Below, in pieces: positions 1 to 12,825 of a stretch of DNA of 27,319 nt. The notes under the pieces are model-generated. The model had not been told where the DNA came from, ran no database searches, and saw only the letters and a program-made list of their open reading frames with translations. The DNA is taken from positions 1 through 27,319 of the forward strand of contig NW_021833386.1 of NCBI RefSeq assembly GCF_006345805.1, given 5' to 3'. The position numbers and the translations under genes were made by a program. The stretch is from Octopus sinensis. Its lineage: Eukaryota. Position 1 is the first letter of the stretch. Each line of letters opens with the position of its first letter.

Positions 1-189
1 AGTAAAAGAGTAAAGAGTATACATATATACACACACACGCACTCACACACACAACAAACTCACACACACATACACACACACACACACACACACAAGCGGG
101 TGCTAAAAAGTTCCCGCATTAACTCAGAGTAACAGGTTTTGTTGAATTTTCTGCTGCTTTAAATAAAGTATATATATATATATATACAT

Positions 190-345
190 ATATAGTTAAT
201 CCAAACATGAAAACACAAAGAGAAAACACAACGCGAGGACGTGGAAGAAGTATAGTGTTATTGGACGCTCAGGAAAGGCAAGAAAGAAGGAGGATTTAAC
301 GTTTCAAGCGGAGCTCTTCGTCAGAAACATAGAAAAAGGAAAGAT
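190..345 (-). mobile_element. Short PLE-like terminal-repeat fragment carrying the HHR at 294-328
   Basis: Sequence 3' of the HHR (cctgagcgtccaataacac) resembles that 3' of the HHR at 26941 (cccgagcgtcaaactaatacac). Flanked by microsatellites. Confidence 0.45.
294..328 (-). ncRNA. Minimal type I hammerhead ribozyme motif (PLE pseudo-LTR type)
   Basis: Minus strand reads GUUU-CUGACGA-A-GAGC(UCC)GCUU-GAAA-CG-U-U-AAAU. Canonical core, 4-bp stem II, palindromic AACGUU stem III, stem I of 3 bp plus a G.U pair. Predicted cleavage after GUU (298/297). Folded by eye. Confidence 0.7.
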
Positions 346-564
346 CCAAGGAAGGGAAGACAGAGGAAAGAAAATCGCCGACGATACACACACTCACACA
401 CACACACACACACATACGCATACACACATATATAGGAGAGTATTGAAGTTCGCTTGAAGCATTGTGTATTGTTTGTAAAGAACAAAAAGTTTTGAATGGT
501 ACAACAATGCACTTTAATATAGACAATGGGCTATATATATACCTGTTGTAATTTAGTCATCCAT

Positions 565-608
565 AGTCTGATATGATATTTCAGAATAAAATTCCTTCTT
601 CAGATATT
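565..608 (-). ncRNA. Degenerate type I hammerhead motif (core and stems II/III intact, stem I lost)
   Basis: Minus strand reads CUGAAGA-A-GGAAU(UUU)AUUCU-GAAA-UA(UCA)UA-U-C. Only 1 bp of stem I can form. Confidence 0.5.
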
Positions 609-731
609 CTTACATCCATTATTTGCTTTTGATTTTGTCGACTACACTGTATAGTAAGTTCAGTTGGGCACCGTCTGTTAGAAAAAGAGCACCATGATGC
701 AATTCACTCAGCCAAAAATTTGGAAACCACA

Positions 732-887
732 TGCTTTACTGCTTGGCATTCGGACCAGAATTTCGAATACGAACAGATGGTGAACACAGAGAACAACTCT
801 TGGCTTGCCGTGTCCCTAAAACATCTCCCGAGAGTACTAAAGATTAAACATCCAGTCAGCATCAAGGTGTTTGAAGTGATCACTAAT
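732..887 (+). pseudogene. Tc1/mariner (maT/DD37D-like) transposase fragment around the first catalytic Asp
   Basis: Manual translation CFTAWHSDQNFEYEQMVNTENNSWLAVSLKHLPRVLKIKHPVSIKVFEVITN resembles the W..SDEKNF..DQ.VN.QN.RW...KHP..IMVFGV.T block of these transposases. No start codon, no TIRs found. Confidence 0.65.
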
Positions 888-1068
888 ATATATATATGAA
901 AAATACATTTTAAGGTGAAAATTTTAAATACAATTATAAATAAGAACAAAAAGAAAAATATTTCTTTGTCAATATGCTGAAAAATAGACGCTCAGTCCTC
1001 TAACTACATTATTATACCACGTATCGAAATGTGGAAACCAAGCTAACAGAAATTCATAAAAATGGTTA

Positions 1069-1130
1069 CCCCCAAATCGGTTCCGATTTCTGGATTAATC
1101 CCAAAAGGATTCTTCCTTCATCAGCGAGGG
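1069..1130 (-). ncRNA. Type I hammerhead ribozyme motif
   Basis: CCCUCG-CUGAUGA-A-GGA-AG-AAUCC(UUUUG)GGAUU-AA-UCC-A-GAAA-UCG(GAAC)CGA-U-U-UGGGGG. Stem I 6 bp with two G.U, two-tier stem II with an A.A mismatch at its base, stem III 4 bp. Confidence 0.7.
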
Positions 1131-1250
1131 ACAGAAAATGAAATAAAATGAAGTATTTTGACATATCCGCGGAAAACAGTGGCAAAGTCATGTATACATT
1201 TCAGTATCCCAAATATATCCAAATAGAATTCATGCATTTTCATTTTGTGT

Positions 1251-1311
1251 CCCTCACTGTTGAGGTAAGAAGCCTTTTTGGATTAATCCAGGAATCGAAA
1301 CCAATTCGGGG
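1251..1311 (+). ncRNA. Decayed partner hammerhead in the right arm
   Basis: Homologous to 1069-1130, but the core reads CUGUUGA and GGAA, and stem III is disrupted. Confidence 0.45.
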
Positions 1312-1521
1312 ATAACTATATTTTTATGAATTTCTGTTAGCTTGCCTTCCTCGTTTCGAACGTGTTGTAATAATATACAGGAAAATATTTTATATGGTTA
1401 GACGATTTAGTGTCTATTTTTCAGCATATTAGCAAAGAAAATGTTTCTTTTTGCCCTTATTTATAATTATATTATATATAACTGTGTGTGTGTGTGTGTG
1501 CGTGTTTGTATGTGTGTGTGT

Positions 1522-1640
1522 AAGACGCATGGCTCAGTAGTTAGGGTATTCGATTCACGATCGTAAGGCCGTGTGTTCGATTTCCGGCGGCGCTTTGTTG
1601 CCCTTGAGCAAAACGCTTTATTTCACGTACCTCCAGTCCT
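1522..1640 (+). mobile_element. 3'-truncated tRNA-derived SINE
   Basis: A-box-like tggctcagtagttag, B-box-like gtgttcgatttcc, followed by cccttgagcaaaacgctttatttcacg. Ends where the inverted repeat at 1644 begins. Confidence 0.65.
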
Positions 1641-1660
1641 GTCAATTTAAATTTCGTTAT

Positions 1661-1721
1661 CTCTATATTGAATCAATTTCGGAATTAATCCCTATAAAGG
1701 ATATATTCTTCTTCAGTAGAG
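1661..1721 (-). ncRNA. Type I hammerhead ribozyme motif (left-arm copy)
   Basis: Exact reverse complement of 2209-2269. Confidence 0.8.
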
Positions 1722-2208
1722 CTTACGAGGGAACATAAATAAAATACTCACATGTGATCATGGAAAAAGCAGAAGCTAAAAACACAACTACATTTAAGTA
1801 CATCATTTATATCTAAAAAATAAAAATTCCTTGGTCAGTCTCAGAACAACGTGTTGACCTATCGCCGCTACATATTGTGATGGTTACCGGTCCCCTTGTA
1901 ACAAGCAGTGAGTTTACTACTAACAATATAGGATGAAGTCCCTTTCTCTACAGAAAAGGAGTCCATCAAAAAGCGTGGCAGTATATTAAAAAAACCATTA
2001 CGGTTGAAGTATAAACATCTTATAATTAAGGGCTAAAGAAGGTTATTCTATAGCCAATACACTGATTTATCCACTTATAATCCACTTGTTAAGGGAACCG
2101 GTAACCAAAGGGACCGGTAACCATTACAATATGTAGCGGCGATAGGTCAACACGTTGTTCTGAGACTGACCAAGGAATTTGAGTATTTTATTTATGTTCC
2201 CTCGTAAG

Positions 2209-2269
2209 CTCTACTGAAGAAGAATATATCCTTTATAGGGATTAATTCCGAAATTGATTCAATATAGAG
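2209..2269 (+). ncRNA. Type I hammerhead ribozyme motif (right-arm copy)
   Basis: CUCUA-CUGAAGA-A-GAAU-AU-AUCC(UUUAUAG)GGAU-UA-AUUC-C-GAAA-UUG(AUU)CAA-U-A-UAGAG. Stem I is 5 Watson-Crick bp, stem III 4 bp. Predicted cleavage after A2264 (AUA). Confidence 0.8.
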
Positions 2270-2435
2270 ATAACGAAATTTAAATTTTCTAAAGGTTAGT
2301 TGCCCGCTTTCAGTTCAATTTTCCTGTAACAAGTGGATTATAAGTGGATAAATCAGTGTATTGGCTATAGAATAACCTAGGAATCTAGGAATTACACTGC
2401 AGCAGCAACAGTAACAATGATAAGAATATTGGTTT

Positions 2436-2550
2436 CTGATAGAGGCACAAGGCCATTTTGAGTTGGGGGTGTTAGTCGAAAGCATCGATCTCAGCACATT
2501 ACTGGTCCTTTATTTTTTGTTGACCCGAGACGAAATGATAGGCAAAGTAA
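2436..2550 (-). mobile_element. Degenerate 3' part of SINE family A
   Basis: Reverse complement resembles the body and tail of the family A copy at 6911-7128 (ggcacaaggcc, actggtcctttatt, aggcaaagt). Similar weak fragments at ~2830-2925 and ~4115-4290. Confidence 0.5.
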
Positions 2551-3465
2551 GCCTTCCCTGATGGATGAGCCATCAAGACAGCCACTATGTAGCCTGACAT
2601 GCAAGAAATAGCAGCCAAGTCATCCTTAATAACAGACATCAGGTAATAGCCCGAGTTACAACATGTCAAGGAAAAGATTTGATCTATACGGCTGAAGTAT
2701 TTTTATCATAGGTTCACTCGTTTTTTCAGAAGTGACAGGAAATAACAGAAATAACCATAACAACTAAATGATGATGATCCTCAGCAGCAGCAACATCAAC
2801 AACAACATATATTTTAATAATAATAAACAATGGTCTTTCTAATTTTGGCACAAGGCCAGAAATTTTGAGAGGATGAGATTAATAGATTACATCGAACCCA
2901 GTACAAAACAGATGCTTTATTTCATGTGGTATTATGAACTCAAAACGTAAAAAGTCGCAGGTACACTGCTTAGAATTTTTCCAACACACAAACGATTATA
3001 ATACGAATATTATTTTATTGAACAAGATTTTATGAGGAATGTTCAACAGCAGCTAATCAGCAATGTTGTTGTGAAAAATATATAATATTTCCTCACTTTG
3101 AAGCTAAGAAATATTTATTGAAGCGTTAATTATATAAGATATCAATTAGGAGTATTTCTTCCTCTATATCTTTCTCTAAATTACTCTGAATGAGTTTATG
3201 AATGCCAATGTGTTTATGTGTGTGAATGGTGATATTCAATGAAAATAGTTGAATGTAGTGTCATATTTAGTATTACTACATAGGGTCTCAAAAGATTTTG
3301 GAACATATGTTTGTTTTTTTAAACTATTTTAAGGCCCTCTGCAGACAAAGAAGCCCTAAGCTGCGGTTTATCTGATTTACATCTAAATTCGCAATCAAAT
3401 GTTCGCGTGCGCGCTTGTGTGAAATTCTTCTTGTGTGTCGATTGATTTATATAACGTTAAGTTGT

Positions 3466-3780
3466 GGAGGCACATGGCCCAGTGATTAGAGCAGCGGACT
3501 CGCGGTCGAGGGATCGCGGTTTCGAATCTCAGACCGGGCGATGTGTGTGGTTATGAGTGAAACACCTAAGCTCCACGTGGCTCCGGCGGAAGGTAATGGC
3601 GAACTTCTGCTGATCCTTTCGCCACAACTTTCTCTCACTCTTTCCTCCTGCATCTTGCAGCTCACCTGCGACTGATCGGTGTCCCGTCCAGGTGGGGAAC
3701 CTATACACCAAGGAAACCGGGAAACCGGTCCCTATGGGCCAGGCGTGGCTCGAGAAGAAACAAACAACAAACAAACAAGA
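3466..3780 (+). mobile_element. tRNA-derived SINE (family C) with (AAAC)n-like tail
   Basis: A-box-like tggcccagtgattag, B-box-like ggtttcgaatc, ~300 nt body, simple-repeat tail aaacaaacaacaaacaaac. Confidence 0.75.
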
Positions 3781-4323
3781 AATTTGTAAAATAATGCTTT
3801 TTTTTTTTGTGTCGCTTACATGAACTTCAACAGCGATGAAGAAGCGTAGCAAAAGATGAATAAATTAATGAGAAAAGAGAAGATAAGTCGAATAGCTCGA
3901 GACGTGTCAGTTTCACTGTACTTTTTATGCTTGAGGAACACTTATCATATGACCGATACTTTCGACTAGTGCACGAGTGATAGAGCCGACAGGGGGGCAA
4001 CAGGAGCAGAATCGTTGAGAAATGATGATGGTGCTGCTGCTACTGCTGCTGCTGCTGATGATGATGATGATGGTGGTGGTGGTGTTGGTGGTGGTGATGA
4101 CGACGACGACAAATGGCAAATTTCGGCACAAGGCAAAGAAACTTGAGGGTAAGAACGCTAGTCAGCCATAGTGATTACATTATTTAAGTGGAACTTAACT
4201 TTATCGACCTCGTCGGCATTTGAAGTCAGAACGGGATTTTCAAGACAGAAGAAATTATACAGGATATTTTCTTGGACACTCTGGCAATCCTGGTTATACA
4301 ATGCCGTTTATTATTATTATTAT

Positions 4324-5226
<903 letters not shown>

Positions 5227-5560
5227 TTTTTATCAGTGAAACCCGTGGAAATTCCACGCTATTTAAGAAAGGACGATTTGCATTTTTTGTTTTTGTTTTG
5301 TTGAGCTATTTCACGTCCAGTCACAATAATATATTATATGATTTAAAAATTTCCCCCAGTTAAGTACTTTATATTTTTCTCTTCCTCTTTATCTCTTTAA
5401 CAAACATTTTAACCTTGTAATTTTCCCTTCATGTCTTTAACATTTTTCTCTTCTTCTTCACCTCCCACTTCCACTAACCACATGAGTGACAGCATAATGC
5501 ATCGGTTGGCTACCTGCTCTCTCACCTACTCTCACATTTCCTCTTTCTCTCTCTCTCTCC

Positions 5561-5591
<31 letters not shown>

Positions 5592-5699
5592 TCCCACTCT
5601 CATTCCACCTTCTCCGCCCCTCTAACAAACTAAAGCGTAAAGTGTGAATAATATTATAGATTTAGTTCAATAAAAACAATACCTTTCACTATCAATACC

Positions 5700-5732
<33 letters not shown>

Positions 5733-5864
5733 CTCACTATAATTTTCAATAATAAAGCTCATTTCAGCTCAGCTGTTTGTTTATATCTCCCTTTTTTTTG
5801 CTATTGATATATCTCTACACTGACAATACAAACTTTATCTGTCTCTCTCCCTCTCTGTCTGTCT

Positions 5865-5904
<40 letters not shown>

Positions 5905-6080
5905 CTCTCAATATAATTGCCTCCCCTGTTTATTTCTTTCTATTTGCCTTTCTTTAACCTCACCACCACAATATCCCCCTCTGCTAAATATAGTATCCTA
6001 AACATATCCCTTTCTCTTTACCTTTCCTCCCCACCGAAAATGCAGGCTTCCTGTCCATAGTACAAAGGATTATTATTATG

Positions 6081-6375
6081 AAGGGTGTGACCTGGCAGAA
6101 CCGTTACCATGGAAGACAAAATAGTCAGCGTGATTTCCTTCATTTTTACGTCCTGAGTTCAAATTCTGATGAGATCGACTTTGCCTTTCATCCTTTCAGG
6201 GTCAATTAAATGACTACTAGTTGAGGATGGGGTCGATATAATCGACTTCCCCCTTCCCCTGAACTTGCTGGCTGTGTGCGAAAATTTGAAATCATTATTA
6301 TCATTAAGAAGGCGGCGAGCAAGAAGAATCATTAGCAGGCCACAGACAAAATGCTTAGCGGCATTATGTTCATCT
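6081..6375 (+). mobile_element. Degenerate SINE family A copy (~6081-6293) plus a second head fragment (~6309-6375)
   Basis: tggcagaaccgtta ... ctgagttcaaattc ... gactttgcctttcatcctttc ... ggggtcgatataatcgact, aligning with 6911-7128. Confidence 0.7.
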
Positions 6376-6388
6376 TAATAATTGTCAC

Positions 6389-6826
6389 TTAAACGTTGGT
6401 GTTCTTTAAGAACAGACGATACCGCTATTTTTACCCCAGGAGGACTCCTCGTCCAGCTGGTTATTCAGTGCGCCTTGCACTTGATATATATTGCAAGCAG
6501 GGAGAGAAATCCCAACCATCCTATCTCCGAGACCACCAGACAACCTAATTTCGACCTTATTGGATCATCCTCAGTGATGAGCACTCGTCTGCCAGTTATG
6601 GCTGTGGTCTATCCCAGATCGCAATATGTAGAAAAGACAGTGTCATACAGTCCCCGATTTTGCAACCATATTTTGCGACTTGTGCTCTCGGAGCTAGGAT
6701 GGCAGGGAGTTCTCTCCCCGCTTGCAATATATATTCAGTGCGGCACGCACTGAATAACCAGCTGGAGGAGTCCTCTTGGGGTTAAAATAGCAGTATCGTT
6801 TGCTCTAGAAGAACACCCACGTTTAA
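6389..6826. repeat. Inverted-repeat element (arms ~6389-6538 and ~6680-6826) with an HHR at the inner edge of the left arm
   Basis: Arms align in reverse complement (ccagctggttattcagtgcg / cgcactgaataaccagctgg; atatatattgcaagc / gcttgcaatatatat). Confidence 0.9.
6533..6580 (-). ncRNA. Type I hammerhead ribozyme motif with weak stem III
   Basis: UCAUCA-CUGAGGA-U-GAUC(CAAUAA)GGUC-GAAA-UUAGGUUG-U-C-UGGUGG. Stem I 6 bp (two G.U), stem II 4 bp, GUC site (cleavage 6539/6538). Stem III is imperfect. Confidence 0.65.
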
Positions 6827-6910
6827 TAATAATAATACTTTCCACTATGGACAAAAGCCCTGAAATTTTGGAGGAGGAGTCTACTTGACTTTACTTTTCT
6901 TTCATGTTTT

Positions 6911-7128
6911 AAGGCGGTGAGCTGGCAGAACCGTTAGCACGCCGGACAAAATGCTAAGTGGTATTTCGTCTGCTGTTACGTTCTGAGTTCAAATTCCGCC
7001 GAGGTCGACTTTGCCTTTCATCTTTTCGGGGTCGATAAATTAAGTACCAGTTGCGTACTGGGATCGCTTTAATCGACTGGACCCCTCCCCGCCAAATTTA
7101 GGGCCTTGTGCTTAGAGTAGAAAAGATT
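6911..7128 (+). mobile_element. tRNA-derived SINE family A, full length
   Basis: Head ggcggtgagctggcagaaccgttagc, B-box-like ctgagttcaaattcc, body gtcgactttgcctttcatc...aagtaccag, tail ggccttgtgcttagagtagaaa. Confidence 0.85.
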
Positions 7129-7462
7129 ACTCTTTGTTCTTGTTTTCTTACTAGACTTTCTAGCTTTTCACACCAAGAGACCCCGAGGTTAATCTCGCTA
7201 CGACAAATGTAACACCTCGGATTTTGCCCAATATCATCAATATCAAGCCCTTTCTCTCGGCCCTCTCAACTGGGCGCACCTCTTGTATGATTGTGCAGTC
7301 TCTAAGGATCATAAGGGTTTACAAATCTGTTTTCATATCCTTTGACTAGATGGGGCCTCTCTTTATACTTGTTTTCATTTTTCACACATACTGTGATGTA
7401 TTAGTGGTGATCAGCCTCCAATCTACAGAATTTCTAATGACTCTTATCATCATTCTTGTATT

Positions 7463-7670
<208 letters not shown>

Positions 7671-8029
7671 ATTGATGCATTATCCTACATACGCAAAATT
7701 ACAGTACAATAACCCCATTGTACACCATTAAAATACTATCCATCCCACTACACGACACTTCGATACTCTTCATCCCAGTGAATTCCACTACAGTATAAAT
7801 CAACTCACAATACAACACTAAGTGGCCATCAACGCCATAAGGCCATTTTGTAATATCAATCCATTGTGCCACAACCTCACATCATTCTCATCATTCTATT
7901 ATCTTACACAACCATACATAACACCTTAGTAGTCTACATGGACTTCCTACTACAACCACTACACTAGGTTACCATCAATTACCACAAGCACCACAATCAT
8001 TATCTATCTACCCCTCTCACGCTTTCTCT

Positions 8030-9960
<1,931 letters not shown>

Positions 9961-10595
9961 TACATTGTTCAACGAAGAGTGACTTTGTTTGCTTATCTCC
10001 CTTGCCTGCGCTCTCCTGTATTGTTATCGCTGTTATTCTTTTATGATTACATTGCCAGCTTTTTAATAGCTGCCATTTCATAGTGAAACATATGGCGTTC
10101 GGTAAATTCGACTTTCTATTTTCTCTTTTCATTCATTTCATTCTACATGTGTTAATTGGGTAGCCACCACACTCACCACAATTGCTATTATTCTTCTTAC
10201 TCCTTATTCCTTATTATTTTTTCTTGCTTTTACCATAATTCCCTTTTCTTCACTTCCTTTATTATTTTCGAGTTTCGGTTTTTGTTTAGTGTATCATTTT
10301 TTCCTTTTTTTTTGTATTTTCGTTTATCTGTAGATTACGTCCATTATTATTATTATATTATTATTATTATTATTATTATTATGTTTGTTTTGTCTTTGGT
10401 CCGTTTTTATGTCTTTTCCCCCGTTTTTTTTTCCTTTTTTTTCCTTTTTTATTACTCTTATTTTACCTAACAAGGTTTGATTTTAATATGAATTCTTTCT
10501 ATGTGCGTTTTGTGCTTTAACGATTTTCTTTTTGCTGGGAGTGGAGTATTTGAAAGTGCTTATATATATATAACCACTTTCATATATATACATAC

Positions 10596-10642
<47 letters not shown>

Positions 10643-10779
10643 GATATAGGTAAATAATTAAATACATACATAAAGACATGCGTAGAAGAATTGACAACAG
10701 AGTATGGTGGATATATGTATTGGAACATAGATTTGATAGACGAAGATACAGAGTCGTACAAAGTTCTGGACATCTAGAG

Positions 10780-10891
10780 AGATAGATATTCACTGATAGA
10801 ACAGATAAATGAATACAGAGAGATCATAGACGGATATGGACATATGTAGACAGATGAGATCGACAGATAGACACATAGATAGGTAGATAAG

Positions 10892-10963
<72 letters not shown>

Positions 10964-11320
10964 CAGACAACCAGACAGACAAGCAAACAGACAGGTAGAT
11001 AAATGGCAGGATGGATGGAGGGACAGACATACAGACATATAGACTGACAGACAGACAGACAGACGACAGACAGACAGACAGACAGACGGACAGTCAGATA
11101 GTTAGATAGATTGATAGATAGATAGAGAGAGAGAGAGAGAAAGAGAGATTGATTGATTGATTGATCGATAGAGAGAGAGACAGATAGATACGCAGACAGA
11201 TAGACAGATGGATGGAGAGACAGACAAACACACAGACAGACATGTAGATAAATGGCAGGATAGCTGGAGGGACAGACAGACAGAAAACAGTCAGACAGAC
11301 AGACATATAGACAGACAGAC

Positions 11321-11395
<75 letters not shown>

Positions 11396-11503
11396 CAGAC
11401 AACCAGACAGACAAGCAAACAGACAGGTAGATAAATGGCAGGATGGCTGGAGGGACAGACAGACAGAAAACAGTCGGACAGACAGACATATAGACAGACA
11501 GAC

Positions 11504-11574
<71 letters not shown>

Positions 11575-11653
11575 CAGAAAGACAGACAGACAGATGGATA
11601 GATAGAGAGAGAAGAGAGAGAGAGAGAAGGAGAGGGAGATAGACAGACAGATA
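10780..11653. repeat. Compound (GATA)n/(GACA)n array with a higher-order repeated unit
   Basis: The unit containing agataaatggcaggat(g/a)g(a/c)tggagggacagac occurs three times (~10998, ~11244, ~11428). Confidence 0.9.
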
Positions 11654-12221
11654 TGTTTCTTTATTAGCCACACAGGGCTGCACACATACAGAACAAATTA
11701 CAAGGTAGAGCTTTTCTTTTGGGGGTAAAAGAAGGGGGGGTTGGTTTTCGAGCAAAAGGGATCGTAAAAGGAAAGAAAGAGGACAAAAAAAGGGGAGGAT
11801 TTTTAAAAAAAGGGGGGGAGAGGGAAAAAAAGAAAAGGGGACAGGAAAAAAAATTGATCAATAGGGAACGTAATCACAGAAATGTCAATATGAAGTGTAA
11901 AGGGGAGGACAGGTGAAGTTTACCCCTGGAAGGAAAAGCCTACGGAAAAGACCACGGTAACTTCGGTCAATGAAGTCACATGTTATATTTCTTTTTTTTT
12001 TTTTGCAAATAAGCAACTCTCTGTATTAATTTTTACGGTTCATAGGATCATAGTCAAGGTGGCTTCGTCATTCATACGTGCTATCCTTGCTACATTCATC
12101 CATCTTTTTTTTAAACATTCACTAGACAAAACTTGCCTCTCTACTCTCACTTTCCTGACGATATCGTTAATATCGTCACGCCTCCTTCCTTCAAACGGGA
12201 AGGAAGAGCTATTTTTATCAT
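11654..12221 (-). mobile_element. Short Tx1-clade LINE copy (3' UTR and ORF2 C-terminus) with an inverted 5' segment
   Basis: Homologous to 12373-12884. Segment 12156-12221 is the reverse complement of ~12998-13063. AATAAA lies near the 3' end, followed by (TATC)n. Confidence 0.85.
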
Positions 12222-12223
12222 AC

Positions 12224-12258
<35 letters not shown>

Positions 12259-12276
12259 CAGATAGACAGATAGACC

Positions 12277-12372
<96 letters not shown>

Positions 12373-12825
12373 TGTTTCTTTATTAGCCACACAGGGCTGC
12401 ACACAGACGGGACAGATTACAAGGTAGAGCTTTTCTTTCTTTTGGAGAAAAAAAAGAAAAATTGGGGTAGGTTTTCGATCAAAAGGGGTCGTAAGAGGGA
12501 AAGAAGAAAAATAGAAGAAAAAAAGGAAAAGAAACAAAAGAAAAGAAAAAAGGATAAAAAAGGAAAGGAAAAAAGGGGAAAAGCAAATAAACGATCAATA
12601 GGGATCGTGTATCACAGTGTCATGATGTACGGTGTAAAGAGGGAAGCAGATAAGGTTTATCCGTGGGAAGAAAAGCCTACGGAAAAGACCACGGTAACCT
12701 CGGTCAATATTGTTACATGTTACCACATTTGTTTGCAAGTGGGTAACCCTCTGTTTTCAATTTCTGGGTTCATGGGATTATGCTCAAGGTGGCTTCGTCA
12801 TTCATACGTGCCATCCTTGCTACAT

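Larger units (their letters stand above)
932..1468. repeat. Imperfect long inverted repeat (arms ~932-1145 and ~1236-1468), each arm with an outward-facing HHR motif
   Basis: Arms align by eye in reverse complement (e.g. caagctaacagaaattcataaaaat / atttttatgaatttctgttagcttg; atgctgaaaaatagac / gtctatttttcagcat). Confidence 0.85.
1644..2378. repeat. Near-perfect compound inverted repeat element
   Basis: 1644-1750 equals the reverse complement of 2180-2286 (107 nt, no mismatch seen). 1824-1894 vs 2110-2180 (71 nt, 1 mismatch). 2040-2091 vs 2327-2378 (52 nt, no mismatch seen). Confidence 0.95.

Noticed and set aside
1751-1823. Extra segment in one arm as a possible PLE intron
   Set aside because: No GT...AG boundaries on either strand.
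6166-6200. CTGATGAG resembling an HHR core
   Set aside because: It is a mutated SINE A segment (ccgccgag in other copies) with no downstream GAAA or stems. Other CTGANGA hits (e.g. 4834, 12155, 14174, 14669, 15705, 20842, 22327, 22543, 23449, 24639) were rejected for the same lack of GAAA or stems.
6382-6753. 123-aa ORF with ordinary composition
   Set aside because: It spans an inverted-repeat element antisense to an HHR and has no recognisable domain.
7140-7330. Minus-strand peptide GQNPRCYICRSEINLGVSWC resembling a gag zinc knuckle
   Set aside because: His is absent, spacing is off, there is an upstream in-frame stop, and no other LTR-element evidence.
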